Source: a virus
Reading direction: 5' to 3' (one strand)
IMG/VR virus record: IMGVR_UViG_3300030061_003724
Location: 1 to 64,000 of that record
Length of the DNA: 64,000 nucleotides
This document shows positions 1 to 9,078 of this stretch, one piece after another. Within the stretch, counting starts at the first letter, position 1. Each line of letters opens with the position of its first letter. The position numbers were made by a program, and so were the translations under genes. The notes under the pieces are model-generated. The model saw nothing but the letters and a program-made list of their open reading frames with translations. It made no database searches and was not told where the DNA came from.

Positions 1-47
1 CTATGTACTCATTAAGTAAATCTGATAGATTATATTTGCTCATGTTT

Positions 48-344
48 TTATTTTTTCTTACGACCTTGTCTTTTTTTACCTTTAACAGCTGAACCAACGT
101 CTCCCATTTGGTTACCTAATTCTTTAGCTGCATCAACAACGTCTTTTAATTCTTTTTTTACGTTTTTGGCTCTTCGTTTTACTTCTTTAACTCCATCTTT
201 AACATCTTCTACTGCATCTTCGATTTCGTCAGGAATAAAATCACCATCTCTATCGTTAATTTTTCCTTTCTTGTAGAAACCGAAATAATAAATTGCCGCT
301 CCTACTGCTACTAATACTACTATAAGACCTATAATTTTTAACAT
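48..344 (-). CDS. membrane-anchored hypothetical protein (N-terminal TM, DxDxD motif, coiled coil)
   Basis: 98 aa ORF with a hydrophobic N-terminus, DRDGDFIPD and an amphipathic repeat region; late-type motif at 379-387. Confidence 0.7.
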   Translation of the reverse strand: MLKIIGLIVVLVAVGAAIYYFGFYKKGKINDRDGDFIPDEIEDAVEDVKDGVKEVKRRAKNVKKELKDVVDAAKELGNQMGDVGSAVKGKKRQGRKKK

Positions 345-378
345 AATTAATTGTATTGATTAAACTTTTTTTGTTTAT

Positions 379-387
379 TATAAATAT
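379..387 (-). promoter_or_regulatory. putative late promoter ATATTTATA
   Basis: Same motif precedes the tail tube, tape measure and other late genes. Confidence 0.6.
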
Positions 388-394
388 ATAAAGG

Positions 395-769
395 TTAAGT
401 TAAGTTATATTTTTGTTTCCATTTATCAATGAATGGCTTACCAACTCCTACTTCTAATATTTCAGCTATTTCTGGTACGCCAGGTAATTTTTTAGCTGTT
501 AAAACATAATCAATATTTTTTCTAAATACTTTCATTTTTGTTTTAGCATTAGAACGATTTGATGTTTTAAATACCATTACAACAGGTGATTTACCATACA
601 TTCTTTGTTCAATTTTTGGCTTAGGATATTTAGTTGTATCATGACTTACTGTTTTCCAACACCCATTTGGGTTTTTCTTAACATCATAATAATAACTCAT
701 ATCACCAGTTTCTAAAACCCATTTAGTAGGTTTAACTGTATTTTCACTTGGCCTACCTCTATTTTCCAT
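395..769 (-). CDS. hypothetical protein
   Basis: 124 aa ORF in the co-directional gene run. Confidence 0.7.
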   Translation of the reverse strand: MENRGRPSENTVKPTKWVLETGDMSYYYDVKKNPNGCWKTVSHDTTKYPKPKIEQRMYGKSPVVMVFKTSNRSNAKTKMKVFRKNIDYVLTAKKLPGVPEIAEILEVGVGKPFIDKWKQKYNLT

Positions 770-914
770 AATTTGCTTTATAAACTCTATTGTGTGGTAC
801 TTGCATTAGTTTACCATACATTTTTATTAAATAATTACCTCGTTCTGTTTTACCAAAACATTTTTTACGCATATGATCATCAATAATGATCCAATCACCT
901 TTTTTAATATCCAT
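759..914 (-). CDS. small hypothetical protein
   Basis: ORF track 759-953; ATG at 914 (MDIKKGDW) overlaps the upstream stop and is the likelier start. Confidence 0.55.
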   Translation of the reverse strand: MDIKKGDWIIIDDHMRKKCFGKTERGNYLIKMYGKLMQVPHNRVYKANYGK

Positions 915-1056
915 AACTATCTTTAAGTTGAGACATTCTAGCTGGAATAACAATATTAAAATTACATTGTGTACAGCACCTACCTTTTGATACTACTGGT
1001 TCTGGGTTATGCCCAAACATATCAGTTACTGGTGCTCCACAAATACAGCAATCCAT
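904..1056 (-). CDS. small Cys-rich zinc-finger-like protein
   Basis: MDCCICG...GRCCTQCN; likely start at ATG 1056. Confidence 0.6.
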   Translation of the reverse strand: MDCCICGAPVTDMFGHNPEPVVSKGRCCTQCNFNIVIPARMSQLKDSYGY

Positions 1057-1060
1057 ATAT

Positions 1061-1297
1061 TTAGAATGGGAGTGGCTCATCTTTATCTTTTTTAATTGGT
1101 TTTGAAATGTCATCCAGTTTTCTATTACCCATAGTACCAAATGGTTGCTCAACAATATCTGTTACTTCAGAATCTTGAACATTCATTATAGCATTAATTG
1201 AATCATTAACTGCATGTGATTTTTTTCTAGCCATATAATCATTTTCTGCATAAACATATGCTTCAAATGTAACTACGTATCTATTATCTTTTGCCAT
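1061..1297 (-). CDS. hypothetical protein with acidic C-terminal LPF tail
   Basis: 78 aa ORF ending DKDEPLPF. Confidence 0.7.
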   Translation of the reverse strand: MAKDNRYVVTFEAYVYAENDYMARKKSHAVNDSINAIMNVQDSEVTDIVEQPFGTMGNRKLDDISKPIKKDKDEPLPF

Positions 1298-1736
1298 TTT
1301 CTATTTCGCTTTTAAGTTTAATAATATGTTTACACATTCTATCCTTTGCTCTCCATGTACCTGGACAATTACAAGTATAATTACCTGAATCAGGATAGAA
1401 TCTCGTTTTATAAATAACATCACCTTTTGAACTAGGTGTTTCTACTACTATAGTTTCTGATTTTTTCTTTGGTTTAGGTTTAATCCATTCAATATCATTT
1501 ATAGTAGTACCTTTAACTACTTCCTTCCATAATGGCATTAAATATGTTTTACCATTCAATTCTAATATAGTAGGAGGCATAACAGGATGCTCATACTCAT
1601 ATTTGTATCTTCTTACTGCTACAAATGAACCAAAACCATTTGGGTTAAAACTAAATGCTTCACCATCTGGTCTATGAAATATCCTACTTCTAGGATTTCC
1701 GTATTTATTTAAATTTGTGAAATGCCAAAGTGCCAT
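1284..1736 (-). CDS. SWIM zinc-finger protein
   Basis: C-terminal CNC-x10-CKH SWIM motif. Confidence 0.75.
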   Translation of the reverse strand: MALWHFTNLNKYGNPRSRIFHRPDGEAFSFNPNGFGSFVAVRRYKYEYEHPVMPPTILELNGKTYLMPLWKEVVKGTTINDIEWIKPKPKKKSETIVVETPSSKGDVIYKTRFYPDSGNYTCNCPGTWRAKDRMCKHIIKLKSEIENGKR

Positions 1737-1737
1737 A

Positions 1738-1860
1738 TTATCTTGCGTTTAAAACTTCGTTATCCCAATCGAAGCTAGGCTCACAATATTGTTTATATTC
1801 TTCTGGTGTAACCCATTTTTCTATTTCATTACACCAAACCATACCATCTATTACTTTCAT
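1738..1860 (-). CDS. small hypothetical protein (40 aa, not in ORF track)
   Basis: MKVIDGMVWCNEIEKWVTPEEYKQYCEPSFDWDNEVLNAR; directly downstream of a promoter and A-rich leader. Confidence 0.65.
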   Translation of the reverse strand: MKVIDGMVWCNEIEKWVTPEEYKQYCEPSFDWDNEVLNAR

Positions 1861-1885
1861 AACCTTTATTTTTATTTACTCTGTA

Positions 1886-1915
1886 AATATACGTCCTTTC
1901 CCTCAGGTATCCAAA
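1886..1915 (-). promoter_or_regulatory. early/middle promoter TTTG-N18-CGTATATT
   Basis: Recurring fixed-spacing motif resembling the Bacteroidota -33/-7 promoter. Confidence 0.75.
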
Positions 1916-2043
1916 TTTTTATGCGGGTGTTTTTCTTTTCTTGTGTATTTTTTTCTATTTTTATACACATTAGGTCTTGTAGCAGCCATACGTTCTTGTA
2001 AGGTAACTTCTATAGTCTGTAATTTAGGCTTCGAATCTTTCAT
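1903..2043 (-). CDS. small basic hypothetical protein (46 aa, not in ORF track)
   Basis: MKDSKPKLQTIEVTLQERMAATRPNVYKNRKKYTRKEKHPHKNLDT fills the gap. Confidence 0.6.
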   Translation of the reverse strand: MKDSKPKLQTIEVTLQERMAATRPNVYKNRKKYTRKEKHPHKNLDT

Positions 2044-2206
2044 CGTCTTTTTTAGGTTGAAGATCAATTGATAGAGCATCACAGAATTCTTTTAATTTAC
2101 CTGCTTCATGTACTATCATAAAGTCTTCATCACTCATATTATTAAATAATTGTTTTGTACTAATTGTCATATCCCTTAAATTTCTCATTATAATATCCTT
2201 TATCAA
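2024..2206 (-). CDS. hypothetical protein
   Basis: 60 aa ORF in the gene run. Confidence 0.55.
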   Translation of the reverse strand: MIKDIIMRNLRDMTISTKQLFNNMSDEDFMIVHEAGKLKEFCDALSIDLQPKKDDERFEA

Positions 2207-2831
2207 AGTTACCTATCGCTTTACTTGAATAAACACAAGCATATAATGCTCTTACTCTATCTGATTTGTTTTCATTTGAAGCATGTAGTGTATTACCCTC
2301 GATTATAATTATATCACCTGCTTCAGCTGGTAATGAATCATAATCACCTGTAAGTGTATTTTTACACATTAAAGGGCCTGTTTCTTCAGGCATATTAGTT
2401 AATATACAACAGCAATTTATGGTTTTGAATTTACCATCTAATGCCCCTTGAACATCAGGTCCAAATTGATTATCAAAATGAGGATCAAAGTGAAATTGTT
2501 CTCCAGGCATTTTAACTACAACTTGATCATTAAATAAATAAGGTTCAGATTCTAAATACAATCTAGATAAAACATACATCATATCAGCTGTGTAGTATTT
2601 CCATAAATTAGGATCTAATGTACTAGCTAATTCTAACCCTTTCCAAAATGTACCTGAGCCATTATGTCTAGGTTCTCCTTCTTTATCTTGATATTTTAAT
2701 TTTAAATCAATAGATCTTTTACGTAAATCATCTAAAACAAATTTAGGTATCATGTTTTGTAAATGAATATAACCATATTGTTTAAAATTATTTAAATGAT
2801 CTTCTTGTAATGTATGAGGCCAAACGTGCAT
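2160..2831 (-). CDS. PhyH-family 2OG-Fe(II) dioxygenase
   Basis: FKQYGYIHL start, HFD facial motif, distal H-A-S..N.S..R. Confidence 0.8.
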   Translation of the reverse strand: MHVWPHTLQEDHLNNFKQYGYIHLQNMIPKFVLDDLRKRSIDLKLKYQDKEGEPRHNGSGTFWKGLELASTLDPNLWKYYTADMMYVLSRLYLESEPYLFNDQVVVKMPGEQFHFDPHFDNQFGPDVQGALDGKFKTINCCCILTNMPEETGPLMCKNTLTGDYDSLPAEAGDIIIIEGNTLHASNENKSDRVRALYACVYSSKAIGNFDKGYYNEKFKGYDN

Positions 2832-2832
2832 A

Positions 2833-3423
2833 TTATAAATTTAATTGATAACCACTAAACTGATTCATATAAGACGTCATAGTAGTACCATAACCATCTT
2901 TAAATTCGTATCCTTTTCTAAAGAATTTACGAACATTTCCTTGTCCTGCCAAATGAGCTGCTGCTAAAATACCTGATTCAGTAATTAATACTCCATGTAC
3001 TACTTCACCATCATATTTTTCAATAAAACGTTTTAATTTTTTCTTATTATGTTTTAATAACTCATGCATTGCATGTTCTTGTAATTCAGGATTATTTAAG
3101 AATTCTTCTTTAGTTGTTTTAATTCCTAACCCTTTAAGAGTTGATTTACCAAATTGGTATTTACCCATGTAACCATAGCTATTAACAATATCATATCTAC
3201 CACTTGATTCTCTATGTCCAATAGCATCTAAAAATTGTTGATGTGATGTTGGTTTAATCTCAAATTCAGGTGTCTCTAAATGATCAATATCTAGAGGCAT
3301 CATAGTTTTAATTGGTAATGTAATAACATGGCTTATAGGCATTATTGATCTTTTGTATTCCTTAAAAGCAGATAAAAATAATACTGCTAAACAGCATACA
3401 AATAAGTTTCGTAATGTATTCAT
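2833..3423 (-). CDS. lysozyme-like/lytic transglycosylase with N-terminal signal or anchor
   Basis: RESSGRY catalytic Glu motif, GKYQF, AAAHLAG; hydrophobic N-terminus. Confidence 0.7.
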   Translation of the reverse strand: MNTLRNLFVCCLAVLFLSAFKEYKRSIMPISHVITLPIKTMMPLDIDHLETPEFEIKPTSHQQFLDAIGHRESSGRYDIVNSYGYMGKYQFGKSTLKGLGIKTTKEEFLNNPELQEHAMHELLKHNKKKLKRFIEKYDGEVVHGVLITESGILAAAHLAGQGNVRKFFRKGYEFKDGYGTTMTSYMNQFSGYQLNL

Positions 3424-3424
3424 A

Positions 3425-3595
3425 TTAAAAGTTTTTTAGAAAATCACCCTTTATCTGTTTAGATTTTAATTGTTGGGCTTTTTCATCATTTTTAAGCATT
3501 TTATCAGTTAATTTTTCTACGTGTTTACTTTTTTGTTTATCGTAATCACGAGTTATCTTATGATGTTTCTTGTTTAATGATTTTATTTTTCTCAT
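3425..3595 (-). CDS. small basic hypothetical protein (56 aa, not in ORF track)
   Basis: MRKIKSLNKKHHKITRDYDKQK...; ATGA overlap with the upstream stop. Confidence 0.65.
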   Translation of the reverse strand: MRKIKSLNKKHHKITRDYDKQKSKHVEKLTDKMLKNDEKAQQLKSKQIKGDFLKNF

Positions 3596-4209
3596 ATTCT
3601 GGAAATATATTGGTTTACGTCATCCTCATCATCGTCTAATCCTAATTCTTTCAAACGTTGTAAATGATAATCATCTACTTCCCATTCTATTTTTTCTGTA
3701 GTTTTATATTGTTCTTGTTTTGATTCAATTTGTTTAACGTCTTGTTTATTAAATACGTCTCCAACTTGTAAAAAATAATGATTATAACACAGTAGCTCTA
3801 TATTGTCTAAACTGTAGTTGTTACTGTTATTGTCTTTAAAATGCAGTAATAACGGCGATTTATAGTCAAGTACTCGCCTTTCTTTAAAACCACACACAGT
3901 ACACTCGTCTAATAAATATCCCTGTTCTATAAGAGCATACTTAAGTTTTGCAGGATCAAATGAAGAAGCAGCTATTCTACCTTCAATTATTTCCATCATG
4001 TGAGGCATCTTTTTAGGACCATTTAAAAATTTAGGGATGCCTTTACCAGCTTGGTTCTTATGTTGCTCAAATAAGTTATACATTTTAGCGTATTTCTTAT
4101 AATGCTGGTATGAAACATGAAGGTACCTTGCCGCAGCCATATTAGATAATGTTTTGGCTTGAGCTGCAACTATTTGTTCCTTACTTAAGAATTTCTTCTT
4201 ATTTGCCAT
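3592..4209 (-). CDS. HNH-like endonuclease domain protein with N-terminal HTH
   Basis: CTVC...LLHFKDNNSNNYSLDNIELLCYNHY. Confidence 0.7.
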   Translation of the reverse strand: MANKKKFLSKEQIVAAQAKTLSNMAAARYLHVSYQHYKKYAKMYNLFEQHKNQAGKGIPKFLNGPKKMPHMMEIIEGRIAASSFDPAKLKYALIEQGYLLDECTVCGFKERRVLDYKSPLLLHFKDNNSNNYSLDNIELLCYNHYFLQVGDVFNKQDVKQIESKQEQYKTTEKIEWEVDDYHLQRLKELGLDDDEDDVNQYISRI

Positions 4210-4528
4210 TCTCGTCTTTAATTGTAAGAGGCCCTATTAAATTTCTCTCCTCTTTATCCATATTTAGCATTTCTGCCTTATTTGTTTTAGGGAGATCCTT
4301 TAACGCTTTTTCATTACGCTGATATGCTTCAAATTGTTTATCATCCATAATGACAGTTTCAATCCAAGTGTGATCACCTTCACCCATCATAACAGGGATC
4401 CCGTGTTTTTTACCTTGACCCTTACCATTTTCAGAGCAAGTAACACAAAAATCATAACCATACTGAGTTAACCTTAATTCAGGCATTGGTTCACCACATG
4501 ATGAACAGGGTATCATTTTGTATTTCAT
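4199..4528 (-). CDS. DksA/TraR-type C4 zinc-finger protein
   Basis: CSSCGEPMPELRL-x7-CVTC; likely start ATG 4528, downstream of late motif 4554-4561. Confidence 0.6.
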   Translation of the reverse strand: MKYKMIPCSSCGEPMPELRLTQYGYDFCVTCSENGKGQGKKHGIPVMMGEGDHTWIETVIMDDKQFEAYQRNEKALKDLPKTNKAEMLNMDKEERNLIGPLTIKDENGK

Positions 4529-4566
4529 AGTTGATTTTTTAATAGTCTGTAGCATAAATATGTAAT

Positions 4567-5139
4567 TTAGTTTAAAATTTGATATTTTTTTAATAATTTT
4601 GTATTATTAGACATTTTTTTGGATCTAAGTTTATATGTTCCATCATCTAATAAGTTACGTTTTGTTTTAATAAATGTTTTATCTTCATCATAATCTGCAT
4701 ACCATCTGAATGATAGTGTTCTACCTTCACCATAAAAATCTCCTTCACTAAAAAACACATCATGTGGAATACAAAACCTATGAAAATTTACTTTATCAAA
4801 AATAATAAATTCATCAGTTTTACCTCTCTTATCCTCAAGCCCACCTATTTTCATATAACAAGTACGATGTTTTTGAGTTGATTTAGTGGTAACTTTTGTA
4901 GAGGTGGTTTTAATTTCACCTTTTTTACCATTTCTTTTAACATCATGGCCATGTGTATTTTGATTTGTTGATTCATTTACACCATCACCTTCATTCTGCT
5001 CAATAATTTTTTCAATCCATCTACCTGCAACATCACCCATATTATATAGTGATAAAGCATTATCTCGATTTGATAGCCAAGCTAAAAATGCTTCTGGGCC
5101 TATTAGTTCTTTTATTTTAGGGTTTATTTTTATTTTCAT
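4567..5139 (-). CDS. putative PD-(D/E)XK nuclease
   Basis: E...GHDVKRNGKKGEIKT pattern. Confidence 0.45.
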   Translation of the reverse strand: MKIKINPKIKELIGPEAFLAWLSNRDNALSLYNMGDVAGRWIEKIIEQNEGDGVNESTNQNTHGHDVKRNGKKGEIKTTSTKVTTKSTQKHRTCYMKIGGLEDKRGKTDEFIIFDKVNFHRFCIPHDVFFSEGDFYGEGRTLSFRWYADYDEDKTFIKTKRNLLDDGTYKLRSKKMSNNTKLLKKYQILN

Positions 5140-5140
5140 A

Positions 5141-6412
5141 TTATAATTCTCTTTTTTCTCCATGTACAATTTTTACTGTAGGAAATCTTAAACTAATCCC
5201 ACCTTTATCGTTTTTAGTTTCTTCGAAATACTGAACTGTAATTGTTTTACCTACAATTGAACCATCCATATACTGTAAACGTTGATCTTGAGTCCAACCA
5301 CTACCAACCTTTACTTTATGTCCTTTATGTTCAATCCATACTTGTGATAACATTTGAACTGTTTCTGATCTACCATCAACTACTATTTCGTGATCATCAA
5401 TATCAAAATCAATCACTTCATATTCAGCATCATAGAATTTTTTTACTTTAAGTAAGTTTTTAGTACGCTTACCTTCATAACTAACATCTTTACGTAACAT
5501 AAATCCTTCCCATTTATTATCAGTTGCTATTTGACCCCATTTATCAAAGTGTCTACCATCTGTAATAATAAATTGATCTGTATAACGTAAAATATCGCCT
5601 TTAATGAATCTACCTGTTAGAAACCCTCTTAATGCTCTTAATCTTTCACTTAATATAGGACCACCTTCTTGATTATCGAAATTAGGTTTATGAATCATAT
5701 CGAATATCATATAAGCAGGATTTTCAATTTGGTGATCTTTACGTCTTAATTGTTTCATTACACCTTGAAAATCTTCATTTCCATTTTCATCAATTAAACA
5801 AATCTCACCATCAAATACAGTATTAATAATACCTGTTGCTTCAATAGCTTCTTTTACTTTATTTAATGTAGTTAATTCTTTACCCATTCTAGAATAAAGC
5901 GTACATTCACCTTCGTAGTTAACGACAGCTAAACATCTAACACCATCTAATTTTCTTGAAGCATACCAATTATCATTTTGCCAATCACATTTACCATCAT
6001 ATTCTTTAGCTAATGCAACTGAAAATGTTGGTATTAAATTAGGAACTGCTTTATTAATTACTTTATCTCCAGCTCTAATTTTTAGATCTTTATCAATGAT
6101 ATTATATACTAATTCAACTTCACTATCACTTAAACCTTCAGTAAAAGCGTTTATATGAGCAATAGCTGTATGACCTGTTACAGTACGCTTACTTAAAGCA
6201 TCTAATAAATAAAACAAATCGAAATATCCAGTATTTGAAATATCTGGGTTTTTCTTAATTGTTTTACTTGTAACGTAATATTGTTTAAAAGGATTGTATG
6301 TATATTCTAAAACTTTATGAATATACCTACTTGATTCTTTAATAATTTGGACTTTATCCGTGCTACTACTTGTAGCACGCATTTTGTCAATAAACTCTTG
6401 TAGTTCTTGCAT
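5141..6412 (-). CDS. lig: ATP-dependent DNA ligase
   Basis: KLDGVR motif I, FDGE, EGFMLR, LLKVK, LRFP. Confidence 0.95.
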   Translation of the reverse strand: MQELQEFIDKMRATSSSTDKVQIIKESSRYIHKVLEYTYNPFKQYYVTSKTIKKNPDISNTGYFDLFYLLDALSKRTVTGHTAIAHINAFTEGLSDSEVELVYNIIDKDLKIRAGDKVINKAVPNLIPTFSVALAKEYDGKCDWQNDNWYASRKLDGVRCLAVVNYEGECTLYSRMGKELTTLNKVKEAIEATGIINTVFDGEICLIDENGNEDFQGVMKQLRRKDHQIENPAYMIFDMIHKPNFDNQEGGPILSERLRALRGFLTGRFIKGDILRYTDQFIITDGRHFDKWGQIATDNKWEGFMLRKDVSYEGKRTKNLLKVKKFYDAEYEVIDFDIDDHEIVVDGRSETVQMLSQVWIEHKGHKVKVGSGWTQDQRLQYMDGSIVGKTITVQYFEETKNDKGGISLRFPTVKIVHGEKREL

Positions 6413-6433
6413 AACCTTAATTTAATTTAATTT

Positions 6434-6631
6434 TTATCTCCCGTTTGCTCTCATTGCAAATTGGCGACCACGTTTATTTCTATTGCCAGTTTTTATATTA
6501 GTAAAATCTTCAATAGTAATTTCTTTTAATGTTTTTATTTGATTTGGATAAAATTTTAGTGCTTGTAATGGTGTATCAAATAATTTACTACCATTATAGC
6601 CATTTTTAAGTATTGCTTGAAATTTTCGCAT
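6434..6631 (-). CDS. hypothetical protein
   Basis: 65 aa ORF directly behind a promoter/leader cassette. Confidence 0.65.
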   Translation of the reverse strand: MRKFQAILKNGYNGSKLFDTPLQALKFYPNQIKTLKEITIEDFTNIKTGNRNKRGRQFAMRANGR

Positions 6632-6658
6632 ATGTAATTTATTTTTATTTACTTTGTA

Positions 6659-6687
6659 AATATACGTAAAATCTCTGCAAAATCAAA
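6659..6687 (-). promoter_or_regulatory. early/middle promoter TTTG-N17-CGTATATT
   Basis: Recurring motif with a leader nearly identical to those at 1861 and 35664. Confidence 0.7.
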
Positions 6688-6705
6688 ATTTTTTCGCGGG
6701 AGTCT

Positions 6706-7557
6706 TTAGATAACTGCTCGACCTTTCATGTCTTCCCAGTCTTTGTTTTTTCTAACGGAATCATTTTTAGCATCAGTTGCTAATAACATTTCAGGAAAAA
6801 TGTTTAAATCTTCAGCTACTGTTACTAATGCTTTAACATCTTTAGGGAAACAATGCCCACCATAACCAAAATCACCATCAGGACCTGGTACTGCCCAATG
6901 TGATTTACCTAAACGCTCATCATAACAAGCGTATTCAATTATTTTATCATAATCAATATCTAATCCTTCACATATTTCATACATTTCATTTGCAAATGAT
7001 ACTTTCATAGCTAAAAATGAATTAGTAACATACTTAACCATTTCAGCATATGTTGAATCAGTTTTAATAATAGATGCTTTAGGAAATACTTTAGCAAATA
7101 GTGGTTTTAATTTAGTAGTTGTTTCTCTAGGACCACCTAAAATAATTCTAGTTTGGTTTTCGTAATCTTTAACAGCATTAGCTTCAGTTAAAAATTCAGG
7201 GTTAAATATAATATTTAATTTATTAAATTGGTCATTCCATTTTTGAGTTGTACCTGGAGGTATAGTTGATTTAATAATAACTGTTTTGTCTATAACATTA
7301 GATTCAGTTGATTCGAATTTACATTTTTCATTCATATCTCTTAATTCAGCTTCTACTATACCAAGATGACAACTACCATCATTATTCATTGGTGTAGGTA
7401 AACAAACAAATATAATATTACATTTATAAAATATTTCATCATAAGTAGAATTACATAATCGTGCTTGTAAATCGTAAGTTAAAACATTATAATAATTTTT
7501 AAATTTTTGGTAAACAGCATTACCAACAAAACCTTGTCCTATAATCCCTAAATTCAT
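6706..7557 (-). CDS. ugd: UDP-glucose/GDP-mannose 6-dehydrogenase family, lacking the C-terminal domain
   Basis: GQGFVG Rossmann motif, KSTIPPG, NPEFL, GYGGHCFPKD; only 283 aa. Confidence 0.85.
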   Translation of the reverse strand: MNLGIIGQGFVGNAVYQKFKNYYNVLTYDLQARLCNSTYDEIFYKCNIIFVCLPTPMNNDGSCHLGIVEAELRDMNEKCKFESTESNVIDKTVIIKSTIPPGTTQKWNDQFNKLNIIFNPEFLTEANAVKDYENQTRIILGGPRETTTKLKPLFAKVFPKASIIKTDSTYAEMVKYVTNSFLAMKVSFANEMYEICEGLDIDYDKIIEYACYDERLGKSHWAVPGPDGDFGYGGHCFPKDVKALVTVAEDLNIFPEMLLATDAKNDSVRKNKDWEDMKGRAVI

Positions 7558-8081
7558 AAACCTAATTCATTTAATTTGTTGTCTCTAATTGTATGTCCTA
7601 TACTTAATAATATTCTATCTTTATTACCTTTTACTTCTGTTACTCTATGATAGTATTTCGATGCTAAACAAATCCAGACTTGATTTTGCTTTACAGTAAT
7701 TTCATCTTCTTCAATTACAGGTTTACCACCACTAGTTGGTTTTTGGAGCATTAAATTGAATCTAATCATACTTGATTTTGGGGATGGTTTTGGATCCTTA
7801 TGATTTTTTACTTTACATCCTTTTTTACTTAAACAAATCCAATAACCATCATCTTTATTAATTGGTAGTGATTTAATATTTAGTTTTTTTGAAATATAAT
7901 CATCTACTTCTTTTATCCATTGTTTTACTGGAAGTTCTGTCCAATCTAAATGTCTAAAACCAATAAGATCACCTTCATGGTCAGCTGGTATTGATGTTAA
8001 GTTTATATTATCAATATTTTCCTTAGTCCAATTTAAAATAGGATCCGTAAGTTTTTTTGGTATAATTATATTAGTTATCAT
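7554..8081 (-). CDS. 2OG-Fe(II) oxygenase
   Basis: HKD...H.V..V.G...R.LLS. Confidence 0.75.
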   Translation of the reverse strand: MITNIIIPKKLTDPILNWTKENIDNINLTSIPADHEGDLIGFRHLDWTELPVKQWIKEVDDYISKKLNIKSLPINKDDGYWICLSKKGCKVKNHKDPKPSPKSSMIRFNLMLQKPTSGGKPVIEEDEITVKQNQVWICLASKYYHRVTEVKGNKDRILLSIGHTIRDNKLNELGL

Positions 8082-9078
8082 TTTTCCAAAAGCTATAAAT
8101 TCCTTTATCTAATTCGTAACTAGGCCATACAAATCTATCTCTCATAGGTTGTTGTTTAGCCCATTCCCACATTTCAGTTAAACCTGCTTTTAATGATGTT
8201 TTATGTTCAAAACCTAATATATCAATTGATTTTTGATATGTTGGAATTGAATGTTTAACTTCATGTCTAGCTTCTTGAAATATAGTTTCACCATCACCTA
8301 TTACTGTTTGTAATATTTGATTAGCATGTAATATAGAATGTTCAGCTATACCTCCTAAGTTAATAATTTGTTTACTAGCTTCATCTCTTACAGCTGCATT
8401 CCAAAGTGGTTCTAGTGAATCATCTATATAACTAAATGCTCTTGTTTGTTTTCCATCTCCAAATATAGTCATTGGTTGACCATTTAAATGTTGGAACATC
8501 CAAATACCAAGTACATTTCTATATTTGTCCCAGATATTTTGTTTAATACCATAAACGTTATGAGGTCTTATTATACACCAATCTAAATTGTGTTGTTCAC
8601 CTGCAATTTGAATATCCATTTCACAAGCATATTTTGCAACTCCATAAGGATCAATTGGTGCTTGTTGTTGATTTTCATCAAAAACACCTCCATAACCATG
8701 ACCATACACAGCTAATGTAGACGTAAAAATCAATCTTTTAACGTCATGTTTTATACATTCATTAACTATACGGGCTGTTGCTTTTAAGTTATTATCATAG
8801 TTGTATCCACGTATAAAAGGCGATAATCCTTCAGCAGCATAAGCAGCAAAATGAAATACATATTTAATATTATGTACTTCAAATATATTTTCAATAGGAT
8901 GATTAACTAAATCCATTTGCCAGAATTTAACATCTGGATGTACGTTTTCTTTAAAACCACCACTTAGATCATCAACACCAACTACTTGGTATTCATCACC
9001 TTTGTTTTCAATTATCCAATCAGCTAATCTACTACCTAATAGACCTGCTACACCTGTTATTAATATACTTTTTTTCAT
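8071..9078 (-). CDS. NAD-dependent nucleotide-sugar epimerase/dehydratase
   Basis: TGVAGLLG, YGVAK catalytic YxxxK, RPHNVYG. Confidence 0.9.
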   Translation of the reverse strand: MKKSILITGVAGLLGSRLADWIIENKGDEYQVVGVDDLSGGFKENVHPDVKFWQMDLVNHPIENIFEVHNIKYVFHFAAYAAEGLSPFIRGYNYDNNLKATARIVNECIKHDVKRLIFTSTLAVYGHGYGGVFDENQQQAPIDPYGVAKYACEMDIQIAGEQHNLDWCIIRPHNVYGIKQNIWDKYRNVLGIWMFQHLNGQPMTIFGDGKQTRAFSYIDDSLEPLWNAAVRDEASKQIINLGGIAEHSILHANQILQTVIGDGETIFQEARHEVKHSIPTYQKSIDILGFEHKTSLKAGLTEMWEWAKQQPMRDRFVWPSYELDKGIYSFWKNDN

